Below are positions 63,611 through 64,000 of a DNA stretch of 64,000 nt, piece after piece. The first letter of the stretch is position 1. Every line of letters begins with the position of its first letter. Below the pieces are notes generated by a model, which was not told where the DNA came from, made no database searches, and saw only the letters and a program-made list of their open reading frames with translations. The position numbers and the translations under genes were made by a program. This DNA comes from Negaprion brevirostris. Taxonomy: Eukaryota. Location of the stretch: NCBI GenBank assembly GCA_030324005.1, contig JARDVH010000042.1, forward strand, positions 88,805,867 through 88,869,866, read 5' to 3'.

Positions 63611-64000
63611 GAGGGAGGTAATGGCCTAGTGGTCTTGTCGCTAGACTATTAATCCAGAAACTCAGCTGTGCCTCGGTAGTGTAGGGAATAATTGTTTGAG
63701 GTGATGGATGAGGTGCTGATCAAGCAAGTTGCTCCTTTCTTATTTGTTCATGGGACGTGGGCGTTGCTGGCTAGCATTTATCGCCCATCCCTAGTTGCCC
63801 GAGGACAGTTGAGACTCAATCGCATTGCTGCAGCTCTGGAGTTATATGACTGGGTAAGGACAGCAGATTTCCTTCCCTAAAGGATATTAGTGAACCAGAT
63901 GGGTTTTTTTAGCAATCGACAATTGTGGATTCATAGATTCTTAATTCCAGATTTTTTTTTCCTGTTGAATTCAATTCCACCATCTGACATGGTGGGATTT
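63611..64000. mobile_element. Family B SINE head (+, 63611-63668) and a second copy (-, 63740-64000)
   Basis: GGGAGGTAATGGCCTAGTGG...TATTAATCCAGAAACTCAGC head; reverse homologue of 12740-13020 running to the window end. Confidence 0.8.

Noticed and set aside
35311-64000. Further SLC24A2 coding exons
   Set aside because: No NCKX loop or alpha-2 motifs recognised; very short exons cannot be excluded by eye.

Overview
This is vertebrate DNA from a cartilaginous fish (elasmobranch), judged from HE1-type V-SINEs and Deu-domain SINEs. It is not prokaryotic, and I see no CRISPR array, rRNA or true tRNA gene. The only host gene I can support is the 5' end of SLC24A2 (NCKX2, K+-dependent Na+/Ca2+ exchanger 2) on the + strand. 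It consists of a CpG-enriched promoter region (~31.5-34.8 kb), candidate non-coding first exons, and a 1123-nt first coding exon (34167-35289, 314 codons), followed by a long intron running past the window end. The rest is largely decayed repeats: CR1-, L2- and Rex1/Babar-like LINEs, three SINE groups, PIF/Harbinger remnants and MITE-like derivatives. The most notable signal is three families of short, often fold-back elements carrying minimal type-I hammerhead ribozyme cores, reconstructed by comparing copies; one family is physically joined to a Penelope GIY-YIG endonuclease remnant. Also notable are two overlapping uORFs before the NCKX2 start, a circRNA-prone exon architecture, and a locally templated insertion. 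Repeat family names come from my recall of consensus sequences, not from a database search, and repeat boundaries are approximate.
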